This document shows positions 61,043-64,000 of a DNA stretch of 64,000 nucleotides, in pieces. The stretch lies in NCBI GenBank assembly GCA_027320085.1, contig DAHVLZ010000009.1:288001-352000 (forward strand). Reading direction: 5' to 3'. This DNA is from Pseudomonadota bacterium. Its GTDB lineage: Bacteria > Pseudomonadota > Gammaproteobacteria > JAKAQQ01. Both the position numbers and the translations under genes were made by a program. Numbering within the stretch: position 1 is the first letter of the stretch; each line of letters begins with the position of its first letter. The notes below the pieces were generated by a model. That model was not told the DNA's origin. It was given only the letters and a program-made list of their open reading frames with translations, and did not search any database.

Positions 61043-61579
61043 CTAGGCTGGACAGGTCAAAGCCCGGGAAAGCAGGTCCAGGCGTCCACGGACCGTTCCG
61101 TCCCAGACACGATCTCCGATCCGGATCTGGCCCCCCCCGATAAGCACTGGATCAACACGGAAAATCAAGTGGACTCGCCGGCCCAACTTCTTTGTTAACC
61201 CAACCTTCCACTCCGTCTGAGACGCTTCGTCGATCACCAGTGCCGTCGTGACCTGACATTCAGTTTCAGATGCGGCCGCCCGCCTCATTTCGGAGTAAAG
61301 CGAGGCGATATCGCTGACTTCATTCCAGCGTTGATGCACGATCAGAAGCTTCAGGAAATTACGCTCGGAAATTTCAAGTCGCCGGGCCAGGGTCAAGTCC
61401 AGCACTTCAAGTCGGTCTTCCGCGCTCGCGCGAGGATGCGATAACACCCACACGATGTCAGGCCGTTCCAGAGCAGTCGCCAGATCGACCAAAAGATGCT
61501 CCCAATGCTCAAGCCGGTTTTCCGAGCCCGCGACTTCAAAAATCGCCCGTGCATAGGGTCGCGCAACCGTTCGACTCAT
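61043..61579 (-). CDS. atpH: ATP synthase delta subunit
   Basis: [29 protein letters not shown]. Confidence 0.95.
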   Translation of the reverse strand: MSRTVARPYARAIFEVAGSENRLEHWEHLLVDLATALERPDIVWVLSHPRASAEDRLEVLDLTLARRLEISERNFLKLLIVHQRWNEVSDIASLYSEMRRAAASETECQVTTALVIDEASQTEWKVGLTKKLGRRVHLIFRVDPVLIGGGQIRIGDRVWDGTVRGRLDLLSRALTCPA

Positions 61580-62049
61580 TGCAGGCGCTCCCCAGCCGCC
61601 CTCAGGAGTGCCGCGTGGCGTCCGGGATCGATTTCCCGCTCTAGAATCTTCTGGGCGATTTCAATGGACAGCTCAGCCAGCTGGTTTTTGAGCCGCTCCT
61701 TTGCACGCCCCACTTCGAGTTCCAGCTCCTGATGCCCCTGCTCCAAAATTTGTTTTGCCTGATCTTGGGCACTCTTTTGAGCTTGTTCTACGAGTTGGCT
61801 GGCTCTGTGCTGGGCCGTTTCAACGACCGTCGACGCTTCCTGACGCGCTTCGCGCAAGATGGAAACCGCCTTGTCCTGTGCCTTTTCCAAGTCCCGGACA
61901 GCCCGTTCCGCCGAAGCAAGACCATCCGCGATTTTCTTCTCACGCTCGGCCATAGCCTGGCTCAGCGGTGGCCAGATATAGCGCATCGTGATCCAGACAA
62001 AAAGGGCGAAAGCCAGGACTTCAGATGCGAAAGTGAGGTCTAGGTTCAT
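61576..62049 (-). CDS. atpF: ATP synthase Fo subunit b
   Basis: FALFVWITMRYIWPPL..EREKKIADGL; coiled coil. Confidence 0.97.
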   Translation of the reverse strand: MNLDLTFASEVLAFALFVWITMRYIWPPLSQAMAEREKKIADGLASAERAVRDLEKAQDKAVSILREARQEASTVVETAQHRASQLVEQAQKSAQDQAKQILEQGHQELELEVGRAKERLKNQLAELSIEIAQKILEREIDPGRHAALLRAAGERLQ

Positions 62050-62089
62050 GGTATTCCTCCCGTGGGTAGCCCGCCGAGTGACAACCCGT

Positions 62090-62395
<306 letters not shown>

Positions 62396-62414
62396 TTAAA
62401 AACGGGTTTCGATT

Positions 62415-63570
<1,156 letters not shown>

Positions 63571-63673
63571 GCCCCTCCCCCACCTGAGTCGCAGGAGACC
63601 CTCCCTCTGCCCTTTTGGGGGCCCCGAGAAGGCACAATTATCAGCCTATTTTAGGGCAACGCCCCCAATCCGA

Positions 63674-64000
63674 TCAAGTCCTGCGGCGGTATCCCAGCCG
63701 GCTCAGCAAGGCTTCGAAATCATCCAATCCCTTGAAATGGATGAGTAGACGGCCGGTTCTCCCCTGAGCGCCCGATGTCTCGACTTCGACGCGCCGGCCT
63801 AAGTGCTCGGTTAGTTCCCGCTCTAACCTCAGACGGTCAGCGTCGCGGGATTTTTCCTTGGTGGCCTTTGACCCACCCGCCCCCGCCTCACGCGCTGATC
63901 CTTGGAGGCGTCTCAAATAGCGCTCCGTCTGCCGCACATTCAGCGCATTCTCGGAGATGTAGCGCGCAGCTTCATCCTGTGCGGAACCCGTAATTGAAAG
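63674..64000 (-). CDS. parB: C-terminal part of chromosome partitioning protein ParB (5'-truncated)
   Basis: Frame is open to the window edge; LNVRQTE, LERELTEHLGRRVEV..GRLLIHF..LDDFEALL; canonical position before the atp operon. Confidence 0.88.
   Translation of the reverse strand, partial: LSITGSAQDEAARYISENALNVRQTERYLRRLQGSAREAGAGGSKATKEKSRDADRLRLERELTEHLGRRVEVETSGAQGRTGRLLIHFKGLDDFEALLSRLGYRRRT

Overview
Bacterial chromosome window, most likely a Gammaproteobacterium (inferred from gene content and order). It is probably near the replication origin, because a parB-atp-glmU-glmS block closes the window. Most of it is housekeeping: tatABC/dtd, pilT-pilU, recG, ubiC/E/J/B, xth, folB/folM, tsaD, rpsU-dnaG-rpoD, alkB, glmS/glmU and the full F1Fo ATP synthase operon. 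Accessory genes occupy roughly 15.6-34 kb (peptidase, permeases, phosphoesterase plus porin, azoR/LysR, TonB receptor, methyltransferase) and 47-53 kb (kdp plus porin). I found no rRNA, tRNA, CRISPR array or transposase. Strongest leads: (1) a bacterial gene with the catalytic-core motifs of eukaryotic protein arginine methyltransferases (double-E loop and THW loop), translationally coupled to an amino-acid permease; (2) an apparently catalytically dead S9 peptidase directly behind three tandem PilT/PilU ATPases; (3) a clear Pho box between a divergent phosphoesterase and porin; (4) a kdp operon with two 30-aa membrane peptides, an in-operon porin and a KdpE-type box but no local kdpDE. Basic, His/Arg-rich exported proteins hint at an acidophile. 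All calls come from motif recognition by eye; no searches were run.
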